From assembly GCA_023247035.1 (NCBI GenBank), contig JAHFHG010000001.1, forward strand, positions 2,021 through 66,020: a stretch of 64,000 bases of DNA, written 5' to 3'. Source of the stretch: Candidatus Omnitrophota bacterium. Lineage in GTDB: Bacteria > Omnitrophota > Omnitrophia > Omnitrophales > Aquincolibacteriaceae. The notes beneath the pieces were generated by a model, which searched no databases, was not told the origin of the DNA, and worked only from the letters and a program-made list of their open reading frames with translations. The position numbers were made by a program, and so were the translations under genes. Shown here in pieces: positions 36,888 through 47,231 of the stretch (within the stretch, counting starts at the first letter, position 1; every line of letters starts with the position of its first letter).

Positions 36888-37964
36888 TTAAGACCGGCCG
36901 CCCGGCCGGCGTCCAGGGACGGTCAGACACGCGTCGATTTTCTTTTCGAGTTCCGCAATCTGTTCCTTCAGCCTTTGGATTTCATCCAGCATTTCAGCGG
37001 ATCTGAGCTGAGCCGCGATCTGCCTGCGCGCTTCCTGATAAGGGCGCGCCGGTTCTCCAAAAACAACTTGTTTTGCAGGGACTTTTTTTCCGCTCGGGAA
37101 ACCCGATCCGGCGCCGACCATCGTCCAATCCCCGATCTCGACGTGGTCGCCGACCCCGACTTTGCCTCCCATTGTGACGTGCGCGCCGATTTTACAGCTT
37201 CCGGATATTCCCGTCTGCGCGGAGATGACCGTGTGCGGGCCGATCGAAACGTTGTGGGCAATCTGGACCTGATTATCGATCTTCACGCCTTTGGAAATCC
37301 TCGTGGAGCCGATCGTCGCGCGGTCGATGGTCGTCAGGGCCCCGATCTCCGCCTGATCTTCAATGACGACATTCCCGACCTGAGGGATTTTTTCCTGCGC
37401 CTCCGGAGTCGCGACGTAGCCGAAACCGTCCGCGCCGATAACGGAACCCGCGTGGATGACAACCGCATTTCCAATCTGGCAATTTTCGTAGATTGTCACG
37501 CCGGGGTGCAAAATGGATTTCTGGCCGATCCTGACATTCGAACCGACAAAAACGCGGCTCCGGATCACGGCTTCGTCACCGATTTCCGCAAGGTCTGAAA
37601 TCACGGCGAAAGGCTCTATCGTGACGCGCCGGCCGATTTTTGCGGAAGGTGAAATCACGGCCTTCTCGGAAATCGTCTGGCTGTAAGAAGCGGCCGGAAA
37701 GAAATATTCCAACAGTTTGGCCCAGGCGAGCTTGGGCTGGGGAACTTGAATCAGAGGCTTTGAAGAGCCCTCCAGGCTGGAAGGAACAATGAGGCAGGCG
37801 ATCGGCGAGGACTCTAAGCGCTTCAAGGTTTTCTCATCCTGGACAAACGTAATAAGGCCCGGCCCGGGCGACTCAAGGTTGGTGATGCCTGAGATGAGAA
37901 CTTGCCCGTCCCCAATCACACGTCCTTTGATTAAGGCGGCTAACTCCTGGACGGTCTTTGACAT
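36888..37964 (-). CDS. lpxD: UDP-3-O-acylglucosamine N-acyltransferase LpxD
   Basis: N-terminal LpxD domain ([14 protein letters not shown]...[10 protein letters not shown]), left-handed beta-helix hexapeptide repeats, and a C-terminal coiled-coil helix. Start set at ATG 37964; the upstream ORF extension is proline-rich junk. Confidence 0.85.
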   Translation of the reverse strand: MSKTVQELAALIKGRVIGDGQVLISGITNLESPGPGLITFVQDEKTLKRLESSPIACLIVPSSLEGSSKPLIQVPQPKLAWAKLLEYFFPAASYSQTISEKAVISPSAKIGRRVTIEPFAVISDLAEIGDEAVIRSRVFVGSNVRIGQKSILHPGVTIYENCQIGNAVVIHAGSVIGADGFGYVATPEAQEKIPQVGNVVIEDQAEIGALTTIDRATIGSTRISKGVKIDNQVQIAHNVSIGPHTVISAQTGISGSCKIGAHVTMGGKVGVGDHVEIGDWTMVGAGSGFPSGKKVPAKQVVFGEPARPYQEARRQIAAQLRSAEMLDEIQRLKEQIAELEKKIDACLTVPGRRPGGRS

Positions 37965-38031
37965 AAGGCCGCGAGTATAACAATCGTGCCAGATACTTGT
38001 CAATGAAGGCAGGCTCGAAATTTTTAGAAGG

Positions 38032-38832
38032 CTAAATTCCCTTGGATCGGGGTTCGGCGGAAGAAGGGGGGGCAGAACCGGCAGAAGCGGTCGCCGGCGC
38101 CGGTGGAGGCGAAGGGCTTTCGGATTCAGGTTCCGCTTTTGCTTCGAGAGGGGGCAAGTGGTCTTTAAGATTCGCTCTTTTCTGAACTTCAAAGCGCCAC
38201 TTCAGAAAGCGCTCATATCTTTTCTGCTCCTCAAACTCTTTGAGGTATTGTTCCTTAAGCGTACCTTCAAATTTTTTTTCGGAAGGAAGATTGTGCGCGC
38301 GTTGGAACCTGAGAAGCGCGGCTTCTTCGTCGGCCGTGGCGCGCTCAACGGGTTCTTCATTGATTTTACGCATCAGTTTTTGGATACGCAGGATCTCGCG
38401 GACTTGGCTCTCAAACTCTTGCGGGGTCTGGCGCAGGCCCGCGGCCAGCCAATGTCTATAAACTTCAGGAGTGGGATCTTTAATCTGACGGTCTTCAAGA
38501 AGCCGGAGGATTTCCCGGCGGGCCTCCTCGTCTGAGACCTCGATTTTTCGGCGTTTTGCCTCGTGGGAATAAATAATGTTTTGCCAAGTTTTGCGCCTCA
38601 GCAAATCTTCAGCTTCCGGCGCAGGGCTTCCGAAGTTGAAAATCCGGCTGGCGCGGTAAAAGAGATTGTATTCCTGAAAAGAAATCTCCTTTCCAAAAAC
38701 TTCGCCGGCAACCCTCCCGCGTTTCTGAAATTGAGTGCCGATGCTGAATCCGCCCCACAAGGCAAAGCATAGAATGACGGCCCAGATAATGACTTTCGTA
38801 TTTTTCCTTAAACTTTTAAGCATGACCGCCAT
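38032..38832 (-). CDS. Periplasmic chaperone-like protein (SurA N-terminal domain-like), membrane anchored, with a Pro/Ala/Ser-rich tail
   Basis: N-terminal TM helix plus a helical domain resembling SurA_N/PpiD N-terminal regions. It lies upstream of lpxD on the same strand, the position where skp/ompH usually sits. The assignment is weak. Confidence 0.4.
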   Translation of the reverse strand: MAVMLKSLRKNTKVIIWAVILCFALWGGFSIGTQFQKRGRVAGEVFGKEISFQEYNLFYRASRIFNFGSPAPEAEDLLRRKTWQNIIYSHEAKRRKIEVSDEEARREILRLLEDRQIKDPTPEVYRHWLAAGLRQTPQEFESQVREILRIQKLMRKINEEPVERATADEEAALLRFQRAHNLPSEKKFEGTLKEQYLKEFEEQKRYERFLKWRFEVQKRANLKDHLPPLEAKAEPESESPSPPPAPATASAGSAPPSSAEPRSKGI

Positions 38833-38991
38833 AAATTAGCACGGCGCGCCTTTCAAGGGAAGGCGATTTTTAAAATCCGGGCCGCGGGCAGAACAGGCAG
38901 GCGAAAAGCCAAGGTTAAAGAAATCCAGAGAGCCTTACGATACACAACAGTAACCTTATCTTTAGAGAACCTTCAGCAAACAGGTCATGAG

Positions 38992-39750
38992 ATGAAAAAA
39001 GAATCAAAAAATTTTTCCCTTCCGGAACTCCGGCATGATGGCGAGCGTTTTTGGAAGGGCCAGAAAATGCTTGTCATTTCTCCCCACCCGGATGATGAGG
39101 CGTTCGGCTGCGGCGGCACAATGGCCAAGGCCAAGGCGCTGGGCTGTGAAGTCTATTTGATGGTATTTTCAGTTGGGGACCTGAATTTTTTCGAGAAGAA
39201 AAAGTGGGTCACAGCCCGGGAGCGTCTGCAAGAACTTAAGAAGGTTTCGAATATCCTCGGCTTAGACGGCTGCGAGGTTTTGTATACGGACGCGAAAACT
39301 CATCTGCGGCTTGACGCCATTCCCAGGCGGGATCTCATCGCGAAAATAGAGACGGAAAGCTCGGTTTCTTTAAACCGCATCCGCCCGACGATCCTTGCAA
39401 TCCCCGCGCCTTCTTATAATCAGGATCATGAAGCCGTCTTTAAAGCAGGCCTTGCGGCCGCGCGCATTCACGCCGGAGGAATCAAGGCCAACCCGCCGGC
39501 CGTTCTGGTTTACGACAGTCCGACGCTTTCGTGGAACGAAGCGGGGCGCGAATTCCGGCCGAATTTTTACGTGGACATTTCAGATTATTTGGAGATCAAA
39601 TTAAAATTGATCCGCACCTATTCCTCCCAGCGGCGCCATCCGAACGATCCCGCGAGTCTTGAAAGCCTGGAGGATCTTACCCGCGCGCGGGGAAGGGAAG
39701 CGGGGCGCGCTGCCTGCGAGGCTTTTGAAGCCCGCCGGCTTATTTTTTAG
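38992..39750 (+). CDS. PIG-L/LmbE-family N-acetylglucosaminyl deacetylase
   Basis: LVISPHPDDEAFGCGGTMAKA zinc-binding motif and a downstream HxDH motif. Confidence 0.8.
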   Translation: MKKESKNFSLPELRHDGERFWKGQKMLVISPHPDDEAFGCGGTMAKAKALGCEVYLMVFSVGDLNFFEKKKWVTARERLQELKKVSNILGLDGCEVLYTDAKTHLRLDAIPRRDLIAKIETESSVSLNRIRPTILAIPAPSYNQDHEAVFKAGLAAARIHAGGIKANPPAVLVYDSPTLSWNEAGREFRPNFYVDISDYLEIKLKLIRTYSSQRRHPNDPASLESLEDLTRARGREAGRAACEAFEARRLIF

Positions 39751-39752
39751 AA

Positions 39753-40475
39753 ATGCTTCTGACGGGGCATCAGCCGAACTACCTGCCTTATTTGGGCTTT
39801 TTCCACAAAATTTATCACGCCGGTATGTTTGTGATTGTAGACAATGTCCAGTTCGTCAAGCGGGGGCCCTTCGGCTGGATGAACCGGAACAAGATCCGGA
39901 CGGCGGAAGGCGCCCGGTGGCTGACGGTTCCGGTCCTCGTCAAAGGGAAGTTCGAGCAGCAAATCAAAGATACGAAAATTAATACGGCCCTGCCCTGGGC
40001 GAGAAAACACTGGAGAACGCTCGCGCGGAGCTATTCCAAAGCGCCCTACTTTACGCGATACGCCGATTTTTTTGACGAAACCTACAACAAAAAAAAATGG
40101 GAGAACTTTTGTGATTTGAGTACGCACCTTATTTTTTTTCTTCTTAAAGCTCTGGGGATAGACAGACCGGTCAAGATCGCCTCAGAGCTTGGAGGGCGCG
40201 GAAAAGGGGACGATCTCATTTTGGATCTCTGTGAGAAAACGGGCGCCGACGCGTACCTGCACGGCAAGCACGGTGCGGATTATATCGATGAGGAAAAATT
40301 CAGGGCGCGCGGCGTCGGGTGCGCGTATCAAAATTTCGAACATCCTGTTTACCGCCAGCAGCACTTGCCTTTTCTTTCGCATTTGTCCGTCGTGGATCTG
40401 CTTTTTAATCACGGCGCGGAAAGCCTGGAAATTTTATTGGGCCGGAAAATTTATTCTGAGAAAAAAATTTCATGA
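39753..40475 (+). CDS. WbqC-like family protein
   Basis: MLLTGHQPNYLPYLGFFHKI N-terminus is diagnostic of the WbqC family found in O-antigen loci. Confidence 0.7.
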   Translation: MLLTGHQPNYLPYLGFFHKIYHAGMFVIVDNVQFVKRGPFGWMNRNKIRTAEGARWLTVPVLVKGKFEQQIKDTKINTALPWARKHWRTLARSYSKAPYFTRYADFFDETYNKKKWENFCDLSTHLIFFLLKALGIDRPVKIASELGGRGKGDDLILDLCEKTGADAYLHGKHGADYIDEEKFRARGVGCAYQNFEHPVYRQQHLPFLSHLSVVDLLFNHGAESLEILLGRKIYSEKKIS

Positions 40476-41515
40476 ATACGGCCTGGCTGTGGGCTTATCT
40501 TCGAGTTTTTGGAGCGGCAGTTTTAATCACGCTGGTCCTCACGCCTTGTGTCCGCTGGCTTGCTCCCAAGCTGGGTGCGATGGACCATCCTTCTGCAGTG
40601 AAGATTCATTTAAGGGCTACGCCGAGGCTGGGAGGCGCCGCTATTTTTTGCGGTTTTCTCATCAGCCTTTTAGGCCTGGGGATCATTACCGAAAGCCAGA
40701 AAGGGGTCCTGATCGGAGCCATTCTCGCGCACGGGATTGGATTTCTTGACGACACGCGCTCGGTTCCGGCCGCGATCAAACTTGCCGCCCTTTTTGTAAT
40801 TACCGCGTTCCTGGCCCGCTCCGGCGTGATGGTCCACCTTTGCCCTTTCCCGGTTGTCAATTTTATCCTCACGCTTTTGTGGATTGTGGGAGTCACAAGC
40901 GCCTTCAACGCAATGGACCATATGGACGGATTGGCTGCAGGACTGACCTTCTTCGCTTCGCTTGCTTACGCGTATGTTTCTTTTCAGAACGGGCAGTGGG
41001 CTTGGGGCCTTATGTCCGTGGCCTTGATGGGAAGCAGCCTGGGATTTCTTGCCTATAATTTCCCGCCCGCCTCCATTTTTATGGGAGATTCAGGAAGCTT
41101 TTTTCTGGGATACCTTTTGGCGGCGATGAGCATTATGGGCATTTGGTCGACGAATCCCATGAAATCAATGTTCGTCCCCGTTTTTATTTTGGGCCTGCCC
41201 ATCTTTGACTTGATTTATACGGTCATTCGCAGGCAGCGGAACCGGGTCACCCGATCCTTGAATCAAATTGTGACTTTCAGCGGCAAGGATCATTTCTCCC
41301 ACCGCCTCCTCAAAATGGGGATGACACAGCGCCAAGCGCTTTTTTTCAGCTACGCGGCGGCCTTTGCCTTGAGCCTCGGAGCCGTGACGATCCGCTACGT
41401 TTTTAAAGTGGAGGCGATCCTGCTGGCCGTTCAATACCTGATCACTATTTTTTTGATCGTGATCCTGATGGAATTCGTTGACAGAAAGTCAAAAAAGCCG
41501 ATAGAATCCCGTTAA
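40472..41515 (+). CDS. Polyprenyl-phosphate N-acetylhexosamine-1-phosphate transferase (WecA/MraY glycosyltransferase family 4)
   Basis: Conserved DDxxD-like loop (GFLDDTRS), the NAMDHMDGLAAG motif, and 10-11 TM segments. Confidence 0.8.
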   Translation: MNTAWLWAYLRVFGAAVLITLVLTPCVRWLAPKLGAMDHPSAVKIHLRATPRLGGAAIFCGFLISLLGLGIITESQKGVLIGAILAHGIGFLDDTRSVPAAIKLAALFVITAFLARSGVMVHLCPFPVVNFILTLLWIVGVTSAFNAMDHMDGLAAGLTFFASLAYAYVSFQNGQWAWGLMSVALMGSSLGFLAYNFPPASIFMGDSGSFFLGYLLAAMSIMGIWSTNPMKSMFVPVFILGLPIFDLIYTVIRRQRNRVTRSLNQIVTFSGKDHFSHRLLKMGMTQRQALFFSYAAAFALSLGAVTIRYVFKVEAILLAVQYLITIFLIVILMEFVDRKSKKPIESR

Positions 41516-42321
41516 TGTATCTCGCCTATTGGGGATTTAACGAGGAGCCCTTTCAGAACACTTCCGACCCAAAATTTTTTTGTTTCTCCGAGCAGCATGA
41601 AGAAGCTCTAAGCCGCCTCCGGTACGCGGTTCAGGAATATAAAGCCTGCGCGCTTTTGACGGGTATTTTCGGCTCGGGGAAGACGCTTCTGGCGCAGACG
41701 CTTTTGGACAATCTTCCGCCGGACAAGTTTGCGCGCGCGTTTATTTTTAATCCTCAGTTGAATTCCGTTGAAATTTTAAGAGAAATCATTTATCAGCTTG
41801 GAATCCACGACAACCTTCCGGAACAAAAAACCGATATCCTTCACCGCCTAACGGATATTTTAAATGACAATTACGCGGAGGGAAGGCACACCGTGATTAT
41901 CGTGGATGAAGCCCACTTGATCGAGGACCGGCTTCTTTTTGAGGAACTGCGCCTGCTTTTGAATTTTCAAAAGCGCGATAAATTTTTGCTGACGCTCATC
42001 CTGATCGGACAGCCCGAGCTGCGCGACAAAATCACGCATCTGAAACCCTTTGATCAAAGGGTTTCGATCCGCTTTCATCTTAAGGGCCTTACCCTTGAAG
42101 AAACCAAGGCTTATATCCTCCACAGGCTGCGCGTGGCGGGAGCCGCCCGCCCTATTTTTGAAGAAGAAACGTTTACGGCCATTCACGAATCCACGGGCGG
42201 AATCCCCCGGCGCATCAACCAAGTCTGCGACCTGGCCCTCTTGGCCGGTTTTGGGATGAAGGCCCAGGAGATTAATGTTTCGATTATCCAGGAAGTGGTT
42301 ATGGACCCTCAGACTTTATGA
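41515..42321 (+). CDS. ExeA/GspA-like AAA ATPase (PEP-CTERM-locus putative secretion ATPase type)
   Basis: Walker A GIFGSGKT, Walker B VIIVDEAHL, and the N-terminal FGFNEEPF motif typical of the ExeA-like family. Confidence 0.7.
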   Translation: MYLAYWGFNEEPFQNTSDPKFFCFSEQHEEALSRLRYAVQEYKACALLTGIFGSGKTLLAQTLLDNLPPDKFARAFIFNPQLNSVEILREIIYQLGIHDNLPEQKTDILHRLTDILNDNYAEGRHTVIIVDEAHLIEDRLLFEELRLLLNFQKRDKFLLTLILIGQPELRDKITHLKPFDQRVSIRFHLKGLTLEETKAYILHRLRVAGAARPIFEEETFTAIHESTGGIPRRINQVCDLALLAGFGMKAQEINVSIIQEVVMDPQTL

Positions 42322-42342
42322 GCAGCAGAGGAGATTTGAAAA

Positions 42343-43923
42343 ATGCGGCTTTCTGAATTCATGAAAGAGGCACCTTCGCCGGCCAGGACTAAAAAAAAGG
42401 CAACCGCTCTTTCCATTCCCTCTCCTTTAGGACTTCCTGAGCAAATTTCGGCCCTTGAAAAAGATATCCGGCAGCGGCTTGAAAAGGAATTTCAAACCCG
42501 ATTCGAAGGGATCGAGAACGAAAAACAGGAGATGTCCCGGCAAATCCAGGAATTGAAGAAAAAAAGCGAAGGATTGCAGGGGCGGACGGACCCGGGCCTT
42601 AAAACGGATCCGGCGCGTCAGATCGAATCCGAACGCCGGCAAATGAATCTTGAAATGGAGCGCCTTAAGGATCAGATCCTGAAGAAAGAGGAGGAAATAC
42701 GGGAGAGGGAAAGGCTCTTTTCCGATGAAATGGCGCGGCATCTTGAGATCGAGAAGATGAAAGCTGAAGAAAAGCTGCGGCCGCCAAAGATTGCGGAGGC
42801 GGAAAAGAAAGAGGAAGGGCCCGTACCGCAGCCTGAAAAAGAAGAAGCTCCGGACCGAACGGCCGTGACCGCCTCGCCGGAGATCGGAATTCCCGATGAA
42901 AAAACGCTTAAAGCAAGGGAAATTTACGCCGGCCTGATTGACGCGGGGCAGAATATTTTTGACCAAATTGCGCGCAAACAGCCGCTGGAAATTTCCCTGT
43001 TTCAGACCTCCGTGCGCACCTTGGTGGAGTTCGCTCTTAAAAACGACGCGGATCTGATTGAGGCCGTTCTGGAAGAGTATCCCGACTCGAGCTATTTTGC
43101 CTATCACGCCGCCAATTGCGCGATTCTGAGCGTGATCCTGGGGCTTGATTTTAAATTGTCCAAGAATCAGCTCGAAGAGCTCTCGTTCGCGGCTTTTTTC
43201 CATGACGCCGGGCTTCTGGGAATTCGTGAGAACCTGGATTATCCGAAGCAGTTGACGCCTGAGCTTCAAAGTGAAGTTCTCCGGCATCCGGAGCGAGGGG
43301 CCAAGATCCTGCAGGGAGCTCTCCCCGAGTGCGTGGTGAATGCCGTTTTGCAGCATCATGAAACGATCAACGGCAGGGGATATCCTCAGGGCCTCGCCGA
43401 AGAGAAAATTCACTTGTATGCAAAACTTATTCAGGTTGCGGATTCGTTCGAGGCGATGACTCACTTCCGCCCTTACCGTAAAAATCCCATGCCGGTCCAT
43501 GAAGCGATTAAAGAAATGATCGAAAAAGGGCGGGGCGTTTATGACCGGGAGGTTTTAAAAGCCCTCCTGGGAAGGATCGGGCTTTATCCCGTAATGTCGC
43601 TTGTGGAACTGAGCAATAAACAAATCGGCAGAGTCGTCCGCCAGCATCCCCGTTTTCCCCTAAGCCCTGTGGTTTGCATCGAATTCGATGAGGCGGGAAA
43701 TAAACTGAGCCGTCCCCTCGTTATGGATTTGACAAAAAATCAGCTGATTCACATTGTGAATCCCTTGAAGGCCGTTTCTTCTTATGCCAAAGTCCGGATG
43801 GAACACGAACAAAGCCAGAGCGAAAAAAAGTATAAGACGGTCACCGCGATCCAGGAATTCCTTCCCTTTGTTCTGATTGTCGCGATCCTGGCTTTGCTGA
43901 TTTATATTGTTTTTAAAATTTAG
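42343..43923 (+). CDS. HD-GYP domain c-di-GMP phosphodiesterase with N-terminal coiled coil and C-terminal TM anchor
   Basis: HD motif (FFHDAGLL), HHE...GRGYPQGL (the HD-GYP signature), and a C-terminal hydrophobic segment (LPFVLIVAILALLIYIVF). Confidence 0.8.
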   Translation: MRLSEFMKEAPSPARTKKKATALSIPSPLGLPEQISALEKDIRQRLEKEFQTRFEGIENEKQEMSRQIQELKKKSEGLQGRTDPGLKTDPARQIESERRQMNLEMERLKDQILKKEEEIRERERLFSDEMARHLEIEKMKAEEKLRPPKIAEAEKKEEGPVPQPEKEEAPDRTAVTASPEIGIPDEKTLKAREIYAGLIDAGQNIFDQIARKQPLEISLFQTSVRTLVEFALKNDADLIEAVLEEYPDSSYFAYHAANCAILSVILGLDFKLSKNQLEELSFAAFFHDAGLLGIRENLDYPKQLTPELQSEVLRHPERGAKILQGALPECVVNAVLQHHETINGRGYPQGLAEEKIHLYAKLIQVADSFEAMTHFRPYRKNPMPVHEAIKEMIEKGRGVYDREVLKALLGRIGLYPVMSLVELSNKQIGRVVRQHPRFPLSPVVCIEFDEAGNKLSRPLVMDLTKNQLIHIVNPLKAVSSYAKVRMEHEQSQSEKKYKTVTAIQEFLPFVLIVAILALLIYIVFKI

Positions 43924-43970
43924 CGCCTTTCTTCAATCCGCAATCCTTGAAGCCCCGGCCTGTAGAGGAA

Positions 43971-44942
43971 TTAAAAATCTAAGCCGCCGCGGGCGCCGCT
44001 GGTTTTTGAACAATCGGCCGGAGAATGTTCAAGCCTCGAAAGAATATGATGAATTTCCTCCTTAAGATTGCCTTGGAATTCAAAGCCGCAGTTTGCCAGG
44101 CGTTTAGAAGACACTTCATACGACCACTCATTCATTAAAGCGGAATCGACGAAGCGAAGGGCAAGCGAGGGAATCCTCCGGCGGATGATTTGGATAATTT
44201 CCTCAACCGTTGAATGAGTGGTCGCGGCATTGTAGATATCTCCGCCAAAGAGCCTGTTCTGGATTACAAATTCAATGGCACGCACGGCATCTTTTAATTC
44301 GAGATAGGGCCTGCGCCGGCGAAAAGCCGTGCGCCAGACCGTCACCGGCTGATGAGCCGCGGCCTGCCGGCAGAACTTATGGACGGCCGTCTGAAACTGC
44401 ATCCCGGGAGAGACTCCAAAAATGGAGGCGAATCGGAAAATCACGGACTCAAGTTTTCCTTGATCCGTAAATCCGCGGATCAACCGTTCGGCCTTGAGCT
44501 TCGATTGAGCATAAGGACTTTGAGGGTTTAAATCTTCCGCCGTTTCTTCCTCGGCGGTTCCTTCTTTCTTTCCGTAAACACTTGTCGTTGAGATGAAAAC
44601 CAGCGGAGCGCCGACGCTCGCGCAGGCCTTCGCCACCCTTTCCGTTCCGTAAACGTTCACTTCTTCCATTGTTTCAAGCGAGTCCGCAGGAAGGGGATGC
44701 GTGATTGCGGCGAGGTGCACCACCGCACGGGCTCCTTCAAAGAGGGCGCAAAGATCGGCGTCCAGGATGTCGGCTTCGAGGAAACGGTAATTCCCTTCGC
44801 AAGGCAAATCCAAGAGCGAGCCGTAACGCCTGCTGTAGAGATTATCAAGCATCAGAATTGCTGATCCAGGAAAGGAAAAAGGCAGGCCGCGGATCAGCCT
44901 TGAACCCATTTGACCTAATGCGCCCGTCACGACAATTTTCAT
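43971..44942 (-). CDS. NAD-dependent epimerase/dehydratase (SDR family)
   Basis: N-terminal Rossmann motif MKIVVTGALGQMG and an SDR Y-x3-K motif. Confidence 0.75.
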   Translation of the reverse strand: MKIVVTGALGQMGSRLIRGLPFSFPGSAILMLDNLYSRRYGSLLDLPCEGNYRFLEADILDADLCALFEGARAVVHLAAITHPLPADSLETMEEVNVYGTERVAKACASVGAPLVFISTTSVYGKKEGTAEEETAEDLNPQSPYAQSKLKAERLIRGFTDQGKLESVIFRFASIFGVSPGMQFQTAVHKFCRQAAAHQPVTVWRTAFRRRRPYLELKDAVRAIEFVIQNRLFGGDIYNAATTHSTVEEIIQIIRRRIPSLALRFVDSALMNEWSYEVSSKRLANCGFEFQGNLKEEIHHILSRLEHSPADCSKTSGARGGLDF

Positions 44943-46033
44943 GCCGCTCCGCGATCCTCCGGCTTGGAATCCTGATGAAAGCGTCTCAGCGTCGCGTCGA
45001 TTCCTTCGTCAAAAGAGTAAGCAGGAACCCACCCCGTCAGCTCGGTAAAATGATAAGGATTCGCCACAAAATTTCTGCATTCAATTGCGGATAAAAGAGA
45101 GGGGGGCTCCGCCGCTTCGACGGGCGCTCTCCGTCCGGTAAGGATTTTTGCCCGGTCTGCCGCCAAATGAAAGGCATCCCAAAGAGTGTATCCTTTGCCC
45201 GTCCCGATGACGCAGTGCTGCCCGTTGAGTTTGCCGATAAGGTCTCCAGCCAGAAGGAAAGCCCTGAGCGCATCTTCAATATAAAGGTAGTCGCGCATCT
45301 GAGTGCCCGGACCGTAGACCGATAATTTCTCGCCGGCCAGCGCCTTACGGATGATTTGATTCAGAACGCCGCGCTCCGGGCTGCCGGACGCAGGGCTTGG
45401 CCCGTAAACATTCGGGAGCCTCAGGCTTACGGCGCGCACAAGGCCTCGATCCGCGTAGAGTTTCAGATACTGCTCCGCCATCAGCTTATGAAGGTCATAA
45501 AAAGTCGCGGGCCGGTCGGGATGAGTTTCGTCCACAGGGAGCCTTTCGGGGATTCCTGCTTGAGTGACCGTTCCCGCAAAAATAATGTCCAAATTTTTTT
45601 TCTTTTTTCTGCAGGTTTCAAGGAGCTGGCAAACCGGCAGACAATTGACCGAAAAATCTTCCGAAGGATTTTTTTCAGAGAAAACGGCGCTTGTCTGGGC
45701 CGCCAAATGAAAGAGGATGTCCGCCTCCAAAATAAGATCATGCCATAAACCGGCGTCGCGAAGATCGGCGGTTCTGTCCTTGAATCGCGCGGCGCGGCCG
45801 ACGGGAGCGGTAAAATTTCCGTTGCGGCTCAGGCGCATAATTTCGCAGTCGATCCCGGACAACTTTTCGACGAGGCGGGCGCCCAGATATCCGTTCGCGC
45901 CCGTGACGAGAATTTTTTTCTTCTCATAAGAGGCCGGTATCGTGCCGTCAAACGCGCGTCTCTGCAGGCCGGCTTGATTGGAAATCGGCCCTTTTCCCCC
46001 GGGATCAGCCGAGGATTTTAACTTCAGGGACAT
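44939..46033 (-). CDS. NAD-dependent sugar epimerase/dehydratase (extended SDR)
   Basis: ILVTGANGYLG Rossmann motif and YxxxK (YDLHKLMAEQY). Start set at internal ATG 46033, because the nominal ORF would overlap the upstream gene by 220 nt. Confidence 0.7.
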   Translation of the reverse strand: MSLKLKSSADPGGKGPISNQAGLQRRAFDGTIPASYEKKKILVTGANGYLGARLVEKLSGIDCEIMRLSRNGNFTAPVGRAARFKDRTADLRDAGLWHDLILEADILFHLAAQTSAVFSEKNPSEDFSVNCLPVCQLLETCRKKKKNLDIIFAGTVTQAGIPERLPVDETHPDRPATFYDLHKLMAEQYLKLYADRGLVRAVSLRLPNVYGPSPASGSPERGVLNQIIRKALAGEKLSVYGPGTQMRDYLYIEDALRAFLLAGDLIGKLNGQHCVIGTGKGYTLWDAFHLAADRAKILTGRRAPVEAAEPPSLLSAIECRNFVANPYHFTELTGWVPAYSFDEGIDATLRRFHQDSKPEDRGAA

Positions 46034-47228
46034 AGGCAATCCATTTTCCTCCTTGGGCCGTGAATTCTTTTTCTTTTTCCAGAATTTCTTTCGCGTGATT
46101 CCACGCAAAGAGGAGCGCGAAATCCGGATAAGGAGCGCGGAAGGCGCGGGAAGGGACAATAGGAAGGTGAGCGCCCGGGCTGAACTTTCCCTGTTTCGCC
46201 GGAGTCGAATCGCAGATGGCTTCAACGAATTCGCGGCCGATCCCGCAAAAGTTAAGCACGGTCGTACTCTTGGAAGCGGCCCCGTAGCCCAGGACGCGTT
46301 TTCTTTTTTGTTTCAGATCCGTTAAAAGGCGCACCAAATCTTTTTTAGATTTTCCGCACCGGATTCTGAATTTTTCATAGGTCGAGAAATCCGCAACGCC
46401 CGATTTTTTTTCCGCGGCAAAGAGTTTCTCAACGCCCTTGGACGGAACATGCTCTCCCTCGCGGGCAACGGTATAACGCATCGATCCGCCGTGCGTTTGC
46501 TGCGGGTTAACGTCAATCACCCGCAGGCCGTGAGGCTGAAGAGCGTTCTGTAAGGACGTCAGGGAAAAAACAAAGGCGTGTTCATCATAGATTTGGTCGT
46601 AGGAGGTTTGGCGAAGCATATCGCAGAGGTAAGGATCTTCAAAAATCGCGACTCCTTTGGTTTTCAGGAGAATGCGGATCCCTTCCAGGGCGGAGTGGAG
46701 GTAAGAAATATGGCACATCACGTTGGCGGCCAGAAAAACGTCGGCCGGCCCGGAATCACGCACAATGTGCAAGGCCAGCGCTTCATCGAAAAAACCCGAG
46801 TGAACCTGGACGCCGTGTTCTTGGGCGGCGCGAGCGACGCCGGCGGAGGGCTCGATTCCTAAGTGGCGAATACCGGCTTCGGAGAAGTGTTTCAGCAGTG
46901 TGCCGTCGTTCGTGCCGATTTCAACGACAAAGGCCGTTGGATCGGGAATGAAATGTTCCAGGACATCCCGGGCTAAGGATTGGAAGTGAGAAGCCATATG
47001 GGAGGAACTTCCGGAAAGAAAAGGATAGCCGTCGTGAAACATGGATTCCCTGGCCGGCTGATCCAGGAGCTGGACCATTTTACACGAAGGGCAAAACGCG
47101 GCTTTTAAGTCGAAAAAGATTTCGCCCGCGAACTCCTCTTCGGACAGAAACGCATTGGCCTTGGGCATCGGCCCCAAATCCAAAAAAGGCTCGATCGGGA
47201 AGCCGCAGATCAGGCAGTTTTTTCCCAT
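46005..47228 (-). CDS. Sugar C-methyltransferase (N-terminal Cys4 zinc finger + class I SAM MTase + C-methyltransferase C-terminal domain)
   Basis: CLICG...CPSCKMVQL zinc ribbon. A SAM-binding motif (VVEIGTNDG). The overall length and architecture resemble NDP-hexose C-methyltransferases. Confidence 0.7.
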   Translation of the reverse strand: MGKNCLICGFPIEPFLDLGPMPKANAFLSEEEFAGEIFFDLKAAFCPSCKMVQLLDQPARESMFHDGYPFLSGSSSHMASHFQSLARDVLEHFIPDPTAFVVEIGTNDGTLLKHFSEAGIRHLGIEPSAGVARAAQEHGVQVHSGFFDEALALHIVRDSGPADVFLAANVMCHISYLHSALEGIRILLKTKGVAIFEDPYLCDMLRQTSYDQIYDEHAFVFSLTSLQNALQPHGLRVIDVNPQQTHGGSMRYTVAREGEHVPSKGVEKLFAAEKKSGVADFSTYEKFRIRCGKSKKDLVRLLTDLKQKRKRVLGYGAASKSTTVLNFCGIGREFVEAICDSTPAKQGKFSPGAHLPIVPSRAFRAPYPDFALLFAWNHAKEILEKEKEFTAQGGKWIAYVPEVKILG

Positions 47229-47231
47229 GAT

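Noticed and set aside
37965-38192. N-terminal 75-aa extension of the lpxD ORF ([20 protein letters not shown]...)
   Set aside because: It is proline-rich and low-complexity, and it overlaps the 3-prime end of the upstream chaperone-like gene. The LpxD family N-terminus ([14 protein letters not shown]) begins at the internal ATG 37964.
46034-46225. Upstream part of the nominal 428-aa epimerase ORF
   Set aside because: It would overlap the C-methyltransferase gene by 220 nt. The internal ATG at 46033 leaves a 29-nt overlap typical of coupled genes and preserves the Rossmann N-terminus region.
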